64,000 nucleotides of DNA from Bacteroidales bacterium (GCA_021157415.1 JAGGWN010000094.1:33892-97891), one strand, 5' to 3'; shown: positions 9,032 through 18,802, counted from the first letter of the stretch. Program-made: numbers and translations. The notes: generated by a model from the letters alone, not told the origin.

Positions 9032-11348
9032 CTTCCAACGTTACTTTTTCCCCCTTCTCTGTCAGTATTCGCAGTACGGACACTTGTTTCTCTTTTTCCG
9101 TCAGGGAGACTCCTTTTATCCTGTATTTTCTCTTCCCGAAGGGATTTACCAGATACAACGTTCCTCCTTTTTCAGAAGATATGGTAACCTGGCTCACCTG
9201 CCCGTTTTTCCGGACGGCAGATACGAGAAAAGCCCCCTGTGCACGCAAGGTTTCAAAAGAGACGTCTTTCCAGTCGTCAGGTACGGCAGGAAATATACGC
9301 AGCGTGTCTGTATGGCTCTGCAACAGCATCTCCTGGATGCCGGCAGCAAAGGCAAAATTACCCTCCAGGGTAAAGGGTCTGTAAGTCATTCTGGAAAAAC
9401 CCTTTCCTGACTGATCTCCGTTTACATGAAAACTGTTAGGCAAACAAAAAGCAGTGGCAAAGATTTGCAGGGCATGAGCGGCACCTTCTCCGTCACGTGC
9501 TCTGGCCAGCAAATTTCCCAGCCAGGCAAACGAATAACCTGTCCACCAATCTGTTCCCAGGCTGTCGAGCGTATGCAATGAATGATGAATGATTGCCCTG
9601 CTTTTTTCTCCCTGGCTCCAATCTATCAAACCCAGGGGGTGGATGGCCATTAAATGAGAAAAATGACGATGTGAAAAAGGCAGGGGCACCCCGGGACAGA
9701 CCAACAATCCGATTTTCGGGTTTACGGCCAGAGCAGGCCACTGAGTCTCTTTTTCTTTCCATTTGCGAGCCTCCTCCTTGTTCCCCAGCACCCGGGCCAG
9801 TTCGGTAGCTTTGGCAAAGGTAAAACGAATCAGGGCCAGGTCGAAGTTGGTGGTTTCCGGGAACCAGGCTTTCGCAGAATTATCAAATATTTCCGGAGAC
9901 GAGCTGATCGGCAGTTTTCGTTTTCCGTCTTCACCGCATACAGAGACCTGGTCCAGATACGTGGCCACCTGACTTATCCACGGATAAGCTTTTTCCCTTA
10001 AAAACAGAGTGTCCATCGAATATTTCCAATGCAGGTAAAAATGCTGGCCCAGCCAGGCGGCTACCGTTGGCCCCATGGAATACTGTATCCATCCGCCCAT
10101 GGGTTCCCCGGTCAGGGTCACCACCCCGGGAGTATTGAGCCCGCCAGTATGGAAATAACGACGTGTATATTTCTCAAAAACAGGCTTATTCTGCCACAGC
10201 CAGTTCAAAAACCCCGACTCTTCCGTAAGGTGATTTCCTGCATAGGCGGGCCAATAGCTTAGCTGGGTGTTCAGGTCGTTATGATAATCTCCTTTCCACG
10301 GGGGAATGCGTCCGTCGTCAGCCGTCCATACTGCCTGCAGGGAGATAGGCGGTGTGTTGGCACGAGCTGCCGCTCCAAATTTATACATATCAAGATAATA
10401 CTGTTTTTCCAGAATACTGTCCGGCAAATGAACGGCAGAAGTTGACCAGTATTTTTGCCACCACAATCCGTTCCGTTGCAAGGCGCTTTCAAACCCTTCT
10501 TTCAACCCGTTGTTCACATTTTCTTCTGCATCAGGTTGCTGTTTCCCCGGATAATGAGCACTTACCGACCAGATTCCCGTGACAGAATTCCCTTTTCTTT
10601 TCCACTGTACATGAATTTTATAATGAAAACCTCCCCATCCTTCCTGGTCGTATGAAATACGCTGATCTTTTTCAAAAGTCTTACCCGCAGGATATCCCAA
10701 CCTGCGCAGGTCAGCTCCATTCAGTGAGTTGACCGGGCGTTGGGCATCTCTTCTAATATCATGATACGGCGGGGCTACCAGCCTCGGGAATAAATCTTCG
10801 TGTATCCCAGTAAAACGAAACCATCCCACCGGTTTATCAGCCTGCACAAAAGTCACCAGCCGGACGCCTGAGGACCAGGATACTTCACATAATCCTTCCC
10901 GTGTATATAAATGCACCGAAGTAACCTTTCCCATCTTTCCGGTAGCAAACTCCAGGGCCCCTGCAGGTATCTTTGTAGGTCCGGGACGCTCATCGTAAGG
11001 AATATCCAAGGCTTTCTGAACTTTCCGGTACCGGTGATTTTTCCATTTCCGGTAAACCCACTGCCAGGTTATGGTGGTATCATCCATGTTTTTCATGGGT
11101 CTCAAATCCCACAGGTCGGAACGGTCGAGAGAAAAACGAAGCATGGTATCTTTTTGCCACACCAGCTCACCCAGCAACCCGTTGCCCAGCGGAATGGCCT
11201 CGTCCCATCTTTTCGCAAGCGACGTGAAGGAGAGATCGTGCGGAGATGTTACAGGCGTATCTTGCCTTACCGTGCAGGACAAAAACATGACTGCCCCGGT
11301 GAATAATAAAAACAGGGAAAAAACATTCTTTAAACCCATCTGTTTCAT
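9024..11348 (-). CDS. GH95-like glycoside hydrolase (alpha-L-fucosidase-type (alpha/alpha)6 enzyme), secreted
   Basis: 774 aa with a signal peptide. Motifs recalled for GH95 / Glyco_hyd_65N_2 proteins: SLQAVWTADDGRIPPWKGDYHNDLNTQLSYWPAY, GGWIQYSMGPTVAAW, LPISSSPE. The family assignment is from memory only. Confidence 0.6.
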   Translation of the reverse strand: MKQMGLKNVFSLFLLFTGAVMFLSCTVRQDTPVTSPHDLSFTSLAKRWDEAIPLGNGLLGELVWQKDTMLRFSLDRSDLWDLRPMKNMDDTTITWQWVYRKWKNHRYRKVQKALDIPYDERPGPTKIPAGALEFATGKMGKVTSVHLYTREGLCEVSWSSGVRLVTFVQADKPVGWFRFTGIHEDLFPRLVAPPYHDIRRDAQRPVNSLNGADLRRLGYPAGKTFEKDQRISYDQEGWGGFHYKIHVQWKRKGNSVTGIWSVSAHYPGKQQPDAEENVNNGLKEGFESALQRNGLWWQKYWSTSAVHLPDSILEKQYYLDMYKFGAAARANTPPISLQAVWTADDGRIPPWKGDYHNDLNTQLSYWPAYAGNHLTEESGFLNWLWQNKPVFEKYTRRYFHTGGLNTPGVVTLTGEPMGGWIQYSMGPTVAAWLGQHFYLHWKYSMDTLFLREKAYPWISQVATYLDQVSVCGEDGKRKLPISSSPEIFDNSAKAWFPETTNFDLALIRFTFAKATELARVLGNKEEARKWKEKETQWPALAVNPKIGLLVCPGVPLPFSHRHFSHLMAIHPLGLIDWSQGEKSRAIIHHSLHTLDSLGTDWWTGYSFAWLGNLLARARDGEGAAHALQIFATAFCLPNSFHVNGDQSGKGFSRMTYRPFTLEGNFAFAAGIQEMLLQSHTDTLRIFPAVPDDWKDVSFETLRAQGAFLVSAVRKNGQVSQVTISSEKGGTLYLVNPFGKRKYRIKGVSLTEKEKQVSVLRILTEKGEKVTLEVI

Positions 11349-11472
11349 AAGCGTTTGTTTATAGGGGATACGTTAAGTCAAATGTAATTTAAAAACTTAA
11401 TAACACAAATTTCCTTTCAACCACGATCCAGACCTCCTTCTTTTTCACTAATATTGTAAAAATATCTTGGTT

Positions 11473-12936
11473 ATGAGCAGATTTTTCTTTTCCCTGTTTT
11501 TACTTTTCAGTGTCGTGTCTTTTTCCAACGCCCAGACATGGGAAACCTTTTCTTTTACAGACGCAGGAGGAATTTACTGTGCTTCTTCCGAGCTGAACAA
11601 ACCGGATGATTTCTCTGTGGGGAAATATTCACCTCGGAATCTTCTTGACCGTGATCCGCGGACCGCCTGGGTGGAAGGGGAGAACGGAAGCGGAGAAGGT
11701 GCAGCAGTCTGTCTGGCTATGGGTGATACCCTGAAAAAAAATTTTACCATTGCCAACGGTTTTCAAAAAACCCATGTTCTTTTTTTGAAAAATAACCGTA
11801 TCAAAACCCTAAAAATCACACTCTATCTGGGATTCACCGACGATACAAAGGAAACACAGGCCGGCTTTCACTCCGAGGCTGTGGCTTATCCGGGCAGCAT
11901 GACTGTAGCGTTGCAAGACACAGAAGGATACCAGACTTTTCCTCTTTCTTTTGACGGACATAAAGTGTCTCTTTTCCGGGAAAAAATGGTTAAAAAATAC
12001 ATTTTATCACACCAAAATTCCCTGCGGCTGGGAAAAGCATACGGAACCCTAAGGGACTTTTTCTTTATCAAATTTGAGATTAAAGAGGTAATCAGAGGGA
12101 GCAAATGGGACGATACCTGTATCTCCGACCTGCTTTTAACAAATAAAAAACCTCCATCCTTTATCCCCGCCAGCGAGCAGATATTGACGGTCCTGGAAAG
12201 TGATAACGAAGGGACGATTTATGCGCGTACTGTTTCCGGAAAGACATACGATTTACTATCTGTTTCCAACGATGAAGTCCGAAAAGGAAAAGTCCTCTCT
12301 GTGGCTTCCCTGTCACCGGATAAAAAATGGGTCATCATTGATATCATGGAGGGGGGAGCCGGACGGAGAACGGAAGAATCTTACAGGTTATATTATCTTC
12401 CATTAATAATGCCTCTTCCTTCTTCTCTCATGGATGCTTATGATCTGGGTGAGCCCCTGGATTTTGAGGAAAAAGACGGCAAACTCACCGTCGTATTTTT
12501 CAATGGGGAGAAAGCGGCTGACGAAATCCTTGAAGACATGAAAATGACCGGTGATTGGTTTGCTTTCCATGAAGACGCCCAGGAAGCTCTTGCCCTGCTG
12601 TTTGCTAAAGCTGTTGATACACGGGATATTCCCGGTATTCTGTTTTTTATGGATGAAAGAAACAAAAAAGAGCTGTTGGCACAAAAAATGAACCACGATA
12701 CCACGGCTTATTTAAAAGCACAATTTTCAGGACCTGTAATAAACGGTTCCGGGAATGCGGCCATCCTTCCTCTTAACATTACACAAGTCAGCGAACCCGT
12801 TCTGCAGCCGGAAGAGGATTCATGGAGTCTGATATTGAAGATCTCCGACGGACGGAAGACCATAAGATGTTCCTGGCTGCTGGTCAAAGGAGAATCTGAA
12901 GGAGGGTCTGTGGTTGCCCTGTGGGGCCCGCAATGA
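11473..12936 (+). CDS. Secreted hypothetical protein with N-terminal discoidin/F5-8-type-C-like glycan-binding domain
   Basis: The track ORF starts at TTG 11467; the ATG is at 11473. Signal peptide SRFFFSLFLLFSVVSFSNAQ. YSPRNLLDRDPRTAWVEGENGSGEGAAV...KWDDTCISDLLL matches the pattern of NADase-type/discoidin-like binding modules. I could not assign the C-terminal 260 aa. Confidence 0.6.
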   Translation: MSRFFFSLFLLFSVVSFSNAQTWETFSFTDAGGIYCASSELNKPDDFSVGKYSPRNLLDRDPRTAWVEGENGSGEGAAVCLAMGDTLKKNFTIANGFQKTHVLFLKNNRIKTLKITLYLGFTDDTKETQAGFHSEAVAYPGSMTVALQDTEGYQTFPLSFDGHKVSLFREKMVKKYILSHQNSLRLGKAYGTLRDFFFIKFEIKEVIRGSKWDDTCISDLLLTNKKPPSFIPASEQILTVLESDNEGTIYARTVSGKTYDLLSVSNDEVRKGKVLSVASLSPDKKWVIIDIMEGGAGRRTEESYRLYYLPLIMPLPSSLMDAYDLGEPLDFEEKDGKLTVVFFNGEKAADEILEDMKMTGDWFAFHEDAQEALALLFAKAVDTRDIPGILFFMDERNKKELLAQKMNHDTTAYLKAQFSGPVINGSGNAAILPLNITQVSEPVLQPEEDSWSLILKISDGRKTIRCSWLLVKGESEGGSVVALWGPQ

Positions 12937-12944
12937 TAACCGGC

Positions 12945-15281
12945 TTATACCCCTTTCAGAGGATTCCTGCTCACATAGATTTCATAATCCCGGATCCTGC
13001 CGTTGGGTGAATCCTGACGGGGCAACATCCGTATACCTCCGATCTTTTGTTCCGACCCCAGGTCAAGGATAATCAGGTGAGGATGCCCCGGTTGATCTTC
13101 CTGCCATTGGGTATGCCAGAATGAGGTGAACTGTTGATCGAAAACATTGGCAGCATTGCCGTCATCTCCGCCCAGCTCCTCACTGTCGGCATACAAAACT
13201 TTCCATGTATCTCTCGCGATTTTCTTTCCCGACGGATCCAACAGGTATATCTCTGCGATGGTGGTGAAAGGATCGTCCCGTTGAGAGTTCAGTGCCAACA
13301 AGGCAAAATAACGTCCGGTGACCGGTTTAAATTTGACCGTATGCCATTCTTTTCCTTCCGGGAAAGAGCCTTTCGTTACTGCTTTCATGCCGCTTAAATC
13401 GGGGTTTTGTCCTGGCTTGCGATGTCTTACAATTTCCGGCATATGCACCTCATTCAGGACAGGCTTGTCAAGTCCCTGCAACACTGGTTTTTCCGGTCCG
13501 TTAATGTCGAGAATAATCACCTCATTCTCTCCTTTCTTGAGCCAGGGACCCGGCAGATACATGGTCTGGGTCGGACCTATATTCCAGAAACGTCCCAGAC
13601 CGTGTCCGTTCACCCAGACCAGTCCCTTGCTCCAGTGGTGCATATCCAGAAAAACATCCCCCGTCTTGTCAAGGCTGAAAACTGCACGGTAAAAAGCCGG
13701 GGTACTGTTTTTTTTCACTTTACCGAAATCCAGTCCTGCCGGAGCTTTGTCGCTATACAGCGGCCCGGGGAAAACGGTCCATCCGGTAATCTCTTCCGTT
13801 TCTCCGGCTTCGTTGATATATTCCGCTTTACGGGTAATCCCTTTTCGGTCGTGAATATAACCTCCGTAATTAACTCTTCCCATGGCCTCTACAAAAATAT
13901 CCAGTTGAGCGTCATTTTCATGGGACGGAACCTCAAAAATATTGTTGGTCTTGCGGCGGTCTATCGTTGCGATACGTTTTCCGTCAAGAAGGATCACGGC
14001 ATAATCATGCACCTCATCCAAGTGGATCTTCCGCACCTCGGAAGCCGGCGGAAGGAGGGTCCTGTAAACGATAAAGCCGTAACCCTCATTGTATTCCTCC
14101 ATGTTTTTGGGGGTATCGACGGGAATGCCCTCCTCAAGGTTATCCAATACCGGAGCCATTTGTGTCACGCTAAATTCAGGGATGGTAATGACCGGGTTCT
14201 TAACAGGTATCTCCGGCACAGTTTCTCCCACCTGTAAATATTTTGAGAAAAGGTTTCGTATGGCATCAAATTTCTCTGTCTCCCATCCTGCCTCACTGAT
14301 CGGAGCATCATAGTCATAACTGGACGTTTGAGGGGAAAAGGGCGGGCAGTTGGCTCCCGACCATAATCCGAAAGAGGTTCCTCCGTGGGCCATATAAATG
14401 CTGAAAGAAGCATTGTGATCCAGCATCCATTTCAGGTTTTTGATGATAGGTGCTGTCTGGCCGGTATGGTGAGGTTTGCCCCATGAGTCAAACCAGCCGG
14501 GATAATATTCCCCACACATCAGCGGTCCCGACGGTTGCAGTTTGCGCAAAGCTTTGAAAGCCCCCTCCGGATTACCTCCGAAATTAACCACACTGAAAAG
14601 ATCGTTTCGTTTATCCCTAACCATCTGTGAAGGCCCGTCGCAGGCAAACAGCGGCACTTCAAAACCGGCTTCTTTCAGAATGTCCCGGATCCTGCCGATA
14701 TAAACGGTATCATTTCCGTAACTGCCGTATTCGTTCTCCACCTGCACCATGAGGATCGGGCCGCCTTTTGTAATCTGCAGGGGAGCCAGTTGTCTTCCTA
14801 CTTCAAGCAAATATTTTTTTGCCCGTTCCATATAATAAGAATCCTGTGTCCGTAATTTCAGATCTTTTTTCTTCAGCAGCCACCAGGGAAAACCTCCGAA
14901 TTCCCATTCAGCACACGAATAGGGACCGGGTCGCAGGATAACATAAAGCCCCTCTTTTTGTGCCAGACGGCAGAATTTCGCCACATCCCTGCGGCCTGAA
15001 AAATTAAACTCATCCGGTTTTTCCTCATGGGCATTCCAAAACATATAAGCACATACGGTATTCAAACCCATCGCCTTTGCCATCTTCAGGCGATGTTCCC
15101 AGTAGGCTTCCGGGATACGCATGAAATGCATCTCTCCCGATCGGATCACATAGGGCTTTCCGTTCAGTAAAAAGGATTCTTCCCCAATGGTAAAAGTTCC
15201 TTTCTTTCGTTGGGACTGACAGGACAATACAAACAATGTCAGCAGGATCCCGGCAAATAATACGGTTGATTTTCTCAGCAT
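12945..15281 (-). CDS. GH35 beta-galactosidase with C-terminal F5/8 type C (discoidin) domain
   Basis: 778 aa with a signal peptide. Motifs: FMRIPEAYWEHRLKMAKAMGLNTVCAYMFWNAHE, RPGPYSCAEWEFGGFPWWL, VQVENEYGSYG. C-terminus: NVFDQQFTSFWHTQW...IRDYEIYVS. Confidence 0.9.
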   Translation of the reverse strand: MLRKSTVLFAGILLTLFVLSCQSQRKKGTFTIGEESFLLNGKPYVIRSGEMHFMRIPEAYWEHRLKMAKAMGLNTVCAYMFWNAHEEKPDEFNFSGRRDVAKFCRLAQKEGLYVILRPGPYSCAEWEFGGFPWWLLKKKDLKLRTQDSYYMERAKKYLLEVGRQLAPLQITKGGPILMVQVENEYGSYGNDTVYIGRIRDILKEAGFEVPLFACDGPSQMVRDKRNDLFSVVNFGGNPEGAFKALRKLQPSGPLMCGEYYPGWFDSWGKPHHTGQTAPIIKNLKWMLDHNASFSIYMAHGGTSFGLWSGANCPPFSPQTSSYDYDAPISEAGWETEKFDAIRNLFSKYLQVGETVPEIPVKNPVITIPEFSVTQMAPVLDNLEEGIPVDTPKNMEEYNEGYGFIVYRTLLPPASEVRKIHLDEVHDYAVILLDGKRIATIDRRKTNNIFEVPSHENDAQLDIFVEAMGRVNYGGYIHDRKGITRKAEYINEAGETEEITGWTVFPGPLYSDKAPAGLDFGKVKKNSTPAFYRAVFSLDKTGDVFLDMHHWSKGLVWVNGHGLGRFWNIGPTQTMYLPGPWLKKGENEVIILDINGPEKPVLQGLDKPVLNEVHMPEIVRHRKPGQNPDLSGMKAVTKGSFPEGKEWHTVKFKPVTGRYFALLALNSQRDDPFTTIAEIYLLDPSGKKIARDTWKVLYADSEELGGDDGNAANVFDQQFTSFWHTQWQEDQPGHPHLIILDLGSEQKIGGIRMLPRQDSPNGRIRDYEIYVSRNPLKGV

Positions 15282-15394
15282 GATTCAGATTGTTTTTTAC
15301 TTTGTTAAATAGGAGCAAATAATTACTTTTACGGTTCTGTATTTTAGCAGGAGCTAATTTAATAGAAATATTCATATAAAATCATCTTATTATT

Positions 15395-16639
15395 ATGAAA
15401 ATCAGCAAATATTCCTTCGGTATAGGAGACCGTTTCGGACGGCAAGGCAAAGCCCAGCTCTCGGCCATTCTTGAAGCAGAAAAACAGGGTATCAGCATCA
15501 CGCCTGTTTGGAACAAATCGTACCGTGAACATTCTATTGTAGGCACTCGTCCCGCCGATGTGAGAAAAGAAGCTGATGAGGCCACCAAAGCCCTGGGGTG
15601 GAACAAACCTTATTTCGTGGATGCCGATCATATCAACCTGAATACCGTCGATGACTTTATTCCCTATTCCGACTTTTTCACCTTGGATGTTGCCGAAGCC
15701 ATCGGAAAACCATCCCCGGAAGATGAAATACAGGATTTTATCCAAAACAATGAAAAATACATATCCGGCATTCCAGGTTTGGAGATACCTGTGGTTCTTG
15801 ACCGGGAATACCTTCGTCGTTTTGCCGGACAATATCTTTGTGCCGTCAACGAGGCGGAAAAACTGTATCATTACATCTCACAGCACAAAGACCCGGAAAC
15901 TTTCGTTGTGGAAGTCTCCATAGACGAGGTGGACCGGTCTCAGACACCTGCAGATCTTTTTTTCATTCTTAAGGCCCTGGCTGAAAAAAAGATCCCTTTA
16001 CAGACCATCGCACCCCGTTTCTCAGGACGGTTCAACAAAGGTGTGGACTATGTGGGTGATCTGAAAAGGTTTGAGCGGGAGTTTGAGCAAGACCTGCTGG
16101 TACTTGATTATGCGAAAAAATTCTTTAATCTGCCTGCTTCCCTGAAACTAAGCATTCATTCCGGCAGTGACAAGTTTTCTATCTATCCTCTCATGGGCCG
16201 GCTCATCCGTAAGCACGACCAGGGCATACATGTAAAAACCGCCGGCACCACCTGGCTGGAAGAGTTGATCGGGTTGGCAGAAGCCGGAAATGAAGCTCTA
16301 AACCTGGTCAAAAAAATTTACACCGAAGCATATAATCGTCAGGAAGAACTGACTGCTCCTTATGCCGAGGTGATTAACATTAACCCGGCCGACCTGCCCC
16401 TGCCCCCGGATTTCAACTCATGGAACAGCAAAAAAATCGCTGCTGCACTGCGGCATGTGCCAGATAATCCGGCATTCAACCCCAATCTCCGTCAACTGAT
16501 GCATGTGGCATACAAAATAGCTGCCGAAACAGACCTCCTTTATTTTGAGCTGCTTGATAAATACAAGGAGATCATTGCACGGCAAGTGCAGGAGAACCTG
16601 CTCAACAGGCATATCCTAAGGATATTTTCCGTAGCATGA
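15395..16639 (+). CDS. Tagaturonate/fructuronate epimerase (UxaE)-like TIM-barrel protein
   Basis: 414 aa. MKISKYSFGIGDRFGRQGKAQL...ITPVWNKSYREH...YFVDADHINL resembles the UxaE / GatZ-KbaZ-like class II aldolase superfamily. The assignment is from memory of family N-terminal motifs. Confidence 0.5.
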   Translation: MKISKYSFGIGDRFGRQGKAQLSAILEAEKQGISITPVWNKSYREHSIVGTRPADVRKEADEATKALGWNKPYFVDADHINLNTVDDFIPYSDFFTLDVAEAIGKPSPEDEIQDFIQNNEKYISGIPGLEIPVVLDREYLRRFAGQYLCAVNEAEKLYHYISQHKDPETFVVEVSIDEVDRSQTPADLFFILKALAEKKIPLQTIAPRFSGRFNKGVDYVGDLKRFEREFEQDLLVLDYAKKFFNLPASLKLSIHSGSDKFSIYPLMGRLIRKHDQGIHVKTAGTTWLEELIGLAEAGNEALNLVKKIYTEAYNRQEELTAPYAEVININPADLPLPPDFNSWNSKKIAAALRHVPDNPAFNPNLRQLMHVAYKIAAETDLLYFELLDKYKEIIARQVQENLLNRHILRIFSVA

Positions 16640-16673
16640 ACAACCCTGGTCAGACCCAGTCCAAACGAGATTC

Positions 16674-16697
16674 ATCTACGTAGGCATCTACGTAGGC
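16674..16697 (+). repeat. Perfect tandem 12-mer x2 (CATCTACGTAGG) forming a CTACGTAG/CTACGTAG hairpin
   Basis: Read directly: CATCTACGTAGG CATCTACGTAGG, 35 nt after the stop at 16639. CTACGTAG is its own reverse complement, so the two copies pair as an 8-bp stem with a 4-nt loop. A near-identical element lies at 39126-39146. Confidence 0.8.
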
Positions 16698-16763
16698 AAC
16701 GGTGTTATTTACTAGAACCTGTTGATTTTCTGCCTATTACAGCCTTTATAAAAATCAGCGTTT

Positions 16764-18467
16764 TCACCGGTTGTCCTGCTTATATTTTAAGGTTACAGTT
16801 TCTTCACCGGAAAGGATACCGGCATATTTTTCAGGATTGTGCAGCACTTTTTCGGCTTTATATAACACACTATCGGCTTCCAGCGAGCTTTCAATGCGAC
16901 CTGCCTGATAATAGTACCGGCCCACGATCTCCTGTTTCAACAGATCACTGATCTCATCTTTATGTTCATAAAAGTCCTTATCTATATTATGAGACAGGTT
17001 TTTGCGTAATGCTTCAAATTCGGCCCCGGCCCGTTTATAATATTTTTCCTTTCTGGCTGTTTCTATCAGCTCATCCAGCTTGGCTTCCGACTCGGTATCA
17101 TAATTAAAATTACGTTTTTTTATATAGTCATGAAATATATTCAGGATATCGTCAGTAATTTCAAATTCGTCAGGAGGAGGGATAGAGTCATGTTTCCTGG
17201 CAAATTCTGTAGCATAATCAAAAATATAGAACCGCACGTAAAGATTAACTGCAATAGGACTCAGAGATCCCGGGCTGGCATGCACATCCGGGTCAATGCC
17301 TCCTCCGTCATAAACGGTACGGCCGTTATGGGTTTGGAAGGCTGTTTTCAGCGAATCCGGCACATGACCTACGCTCCCATCAGGGTTTCTGTGCGAATAA
17401 TCCAAAGCCTGTATGCATCTTCCGCTGGGGATATAATATTTTGCAGCCGTAACTTTTAACTGCCCTCCGTATCCCACAGGCCGTGTTGTCTGCACCAAAC
17501 CTTTCCCAAAGGTACGTTGTCCGACGATGATGCCCCGGTCCAGATCCTGCAGCGCTCCTGAAACGATCTCGGAAGCCGAGGCAGACCCACTGTTTACCAG
17601 AACAGCCAAAGGGATATCCGGGTCAAAAGGAGACGACGGAGCCTTATAGACCGCATCAAAATCTTTTATTTTCCCTTTTGTACTCACGACCGTCTGACCT
17701 TTGTCCACAAACAAATTAACAATCTGAATCGCTTGTATCAATAATCCTCCCGGGTTGCTGCGCAAATCCAGGATCATGGATTTCATATGATGGTTTTTCT
17801 CCAGGTCGGACATGGCTGATTTCACCTCGCTGTATGCACTGGAAGTAAACTGACTGAGGCGTATATATCCGGTATTATCATCCAGCATACCATAATAGGG
17901 CACTGCCGGTATTTGGATTTTTTTTCTGGTCAGGGTTTTTTGCAGGGTATCTTTCCGCCCGGGTCTTTGGATGGTTAGGACAACTTTTGTATTGGGCAAT
18001 CCTTTCAACCGCTCACTCACCTTGTTCAGCGGAAGATTTTTGATCGTTTGCCCGTCTATCTCCAATATTTTATCTCCGGCTTTCAGCCCGGCCAGGTCTG
18101 CCGGAAAGCCTTTATAAATTTCGGAAACAATAGCATAATCTCCGCTTTTCCTTATCAGCGAACCTATCCCGCCATATTGTCCCGTCGTCATAAACTTGAA
18201 ATCCTCCATTTTGTCTTCGGGAATATACACCGTATAAGGATCCAAGGTTTTTAACATGGCGTCAACACCTGATTTGATCAGTTTGTCCGGTTTGATTTCA
18301 TCAACATAATAAAGATTCAACTCGCGGATGATATTGGTAAAGATTTCAATGTTTTTTGCCAGCTTGAAATTGTGCGTTTCGGTAAAAGCATAAAGACCCA
18401 GCATCACAGCACCGGCCATAGCAAAGGCAATGATCGTATTAACTTTGAATTTTCTGATTCGTTTCAT
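16764..18467 (-). CDS. ctpA: S41 family C-terminal processing (tail-specific) peptidase
   Basis: 567 aa. PDZ domain (AGLKAGDKILEIDGQ), catalytic region LVNSGSASASEIVSGALQD and GQRTFGKGLVQ. Confidence 0.85.
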   Translation of the reverse strand: MKRIRKFKVNTIIAFAMAGAVMLGLYAFTETHNFKLAKNIEIFTNIIRELNLYYVDEIKPDKLIKSGVDAMLKTLDPYTVYIPEDKMEDFKFMTTGQYGGIGSLIRKSGDYAIVSEIYKGFPADLAGLKAGDKILEIDGQTIKNLPLNKVSERLKGLPNTKVVLTIQRPGRKDTLQKTLTRKKIQIPAVPYYGMLDDNTGYIRLSQFTSSAYSEVKSAMSDLEKNHHMKSMILDLRSNPGGLLIQAIQIVNLFVDKGQTVVSTKGKIKDFDAVYKAPSSPFDPDIPLAVLVNSGSASASEIVSGALQDLDRGIIVGQRTFGKGLVQTTRPVGYGGQLKVTAAKYYIPSGRCIQALDYSHRNPDGSVGHVPDSLKTAFQTHNGRTVYDGGGIDPDVHASPGSLSPIAVNLYVRFYIFDYATEFARKHDSIPPPDEFEITDDILNIFHDYIKKRNFNYDTESEAKLDELIETARKEKYYKRAGAEFEALRKNLSHNIDKDFYEHKDEISDLLKQEIVGRYYYQAGRIESSLEADSVLYKAEKVLHNPEKYAGILSGEETVTLKYKQDNR

Positions 18468-18580
18468 ATACCTCTCTTTTTGTGAACAGCGTGTAAAATA
18501 GATATTATTTTATGAGAACAGTAAAAATCCAGGTTCTTTTTTAACAAAGATTAACTGTTTTCTGTTACTTTTTCAACCAT

Positions 18581-18802
18581 TCAGGGCACCGGGTCATATC
18601 CGTGTCCTCCCCAGGGATTACATGAAAGTATTCTTTTCAGGGCCAGCCATCCACCTTTCAACGGACCATGCTTTTTCAGGGCTTCCACACTATAAGTGGA
18701 GCAGGTAGGGGTATATCTGCAGACATGCGGAAACAAAGGTGAAATGGTCATCTGATATAGTTTGATCAGGCCTATCAGGAATTTAGTCATTAACTTTTTC
18801 AT
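18581..18802 (-). CDS. yidD: Membrane protein insertion efficiency factor YidD
   Basis: 73 aa. [55 protein letters not shown]. It overlaps rnpA by 20 nt. Confidence 0.9.
   Translation of the reverse strand: MKKLMTKFLIGLIKLYQMTISPLFPHVCRYTPTCSTYSVEALKKHGPLKGGWLALKRILSCNPWGGHGYDPVP

Noticed and set aside
13407-14237. A 276-aa plus-strand ORF antisense to the GH35 beta-galactosidase gene (with neighbours 13134..13397, 13318..13692 and 14089..14313).
   Set aside because: Same reasoning. GH35 motifs on the minus strand explain the region, and the antisense translations look non-protein-like.
16640-16950. The reading frame of the UxaE-like gene stays open for about 100 codons past its TGA stop, running through the CTACGTAGG repeat, which hints at stop-codon readthrough.
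   Set aside because: The extension runs antisense into the ctp gene and translates to implausible sequence (..RCYLLEPVDFLPITAFIKISVFTGCPAYILRLQFLHRKGYRH..). This is most simply a chance open frame opposite a real gene.
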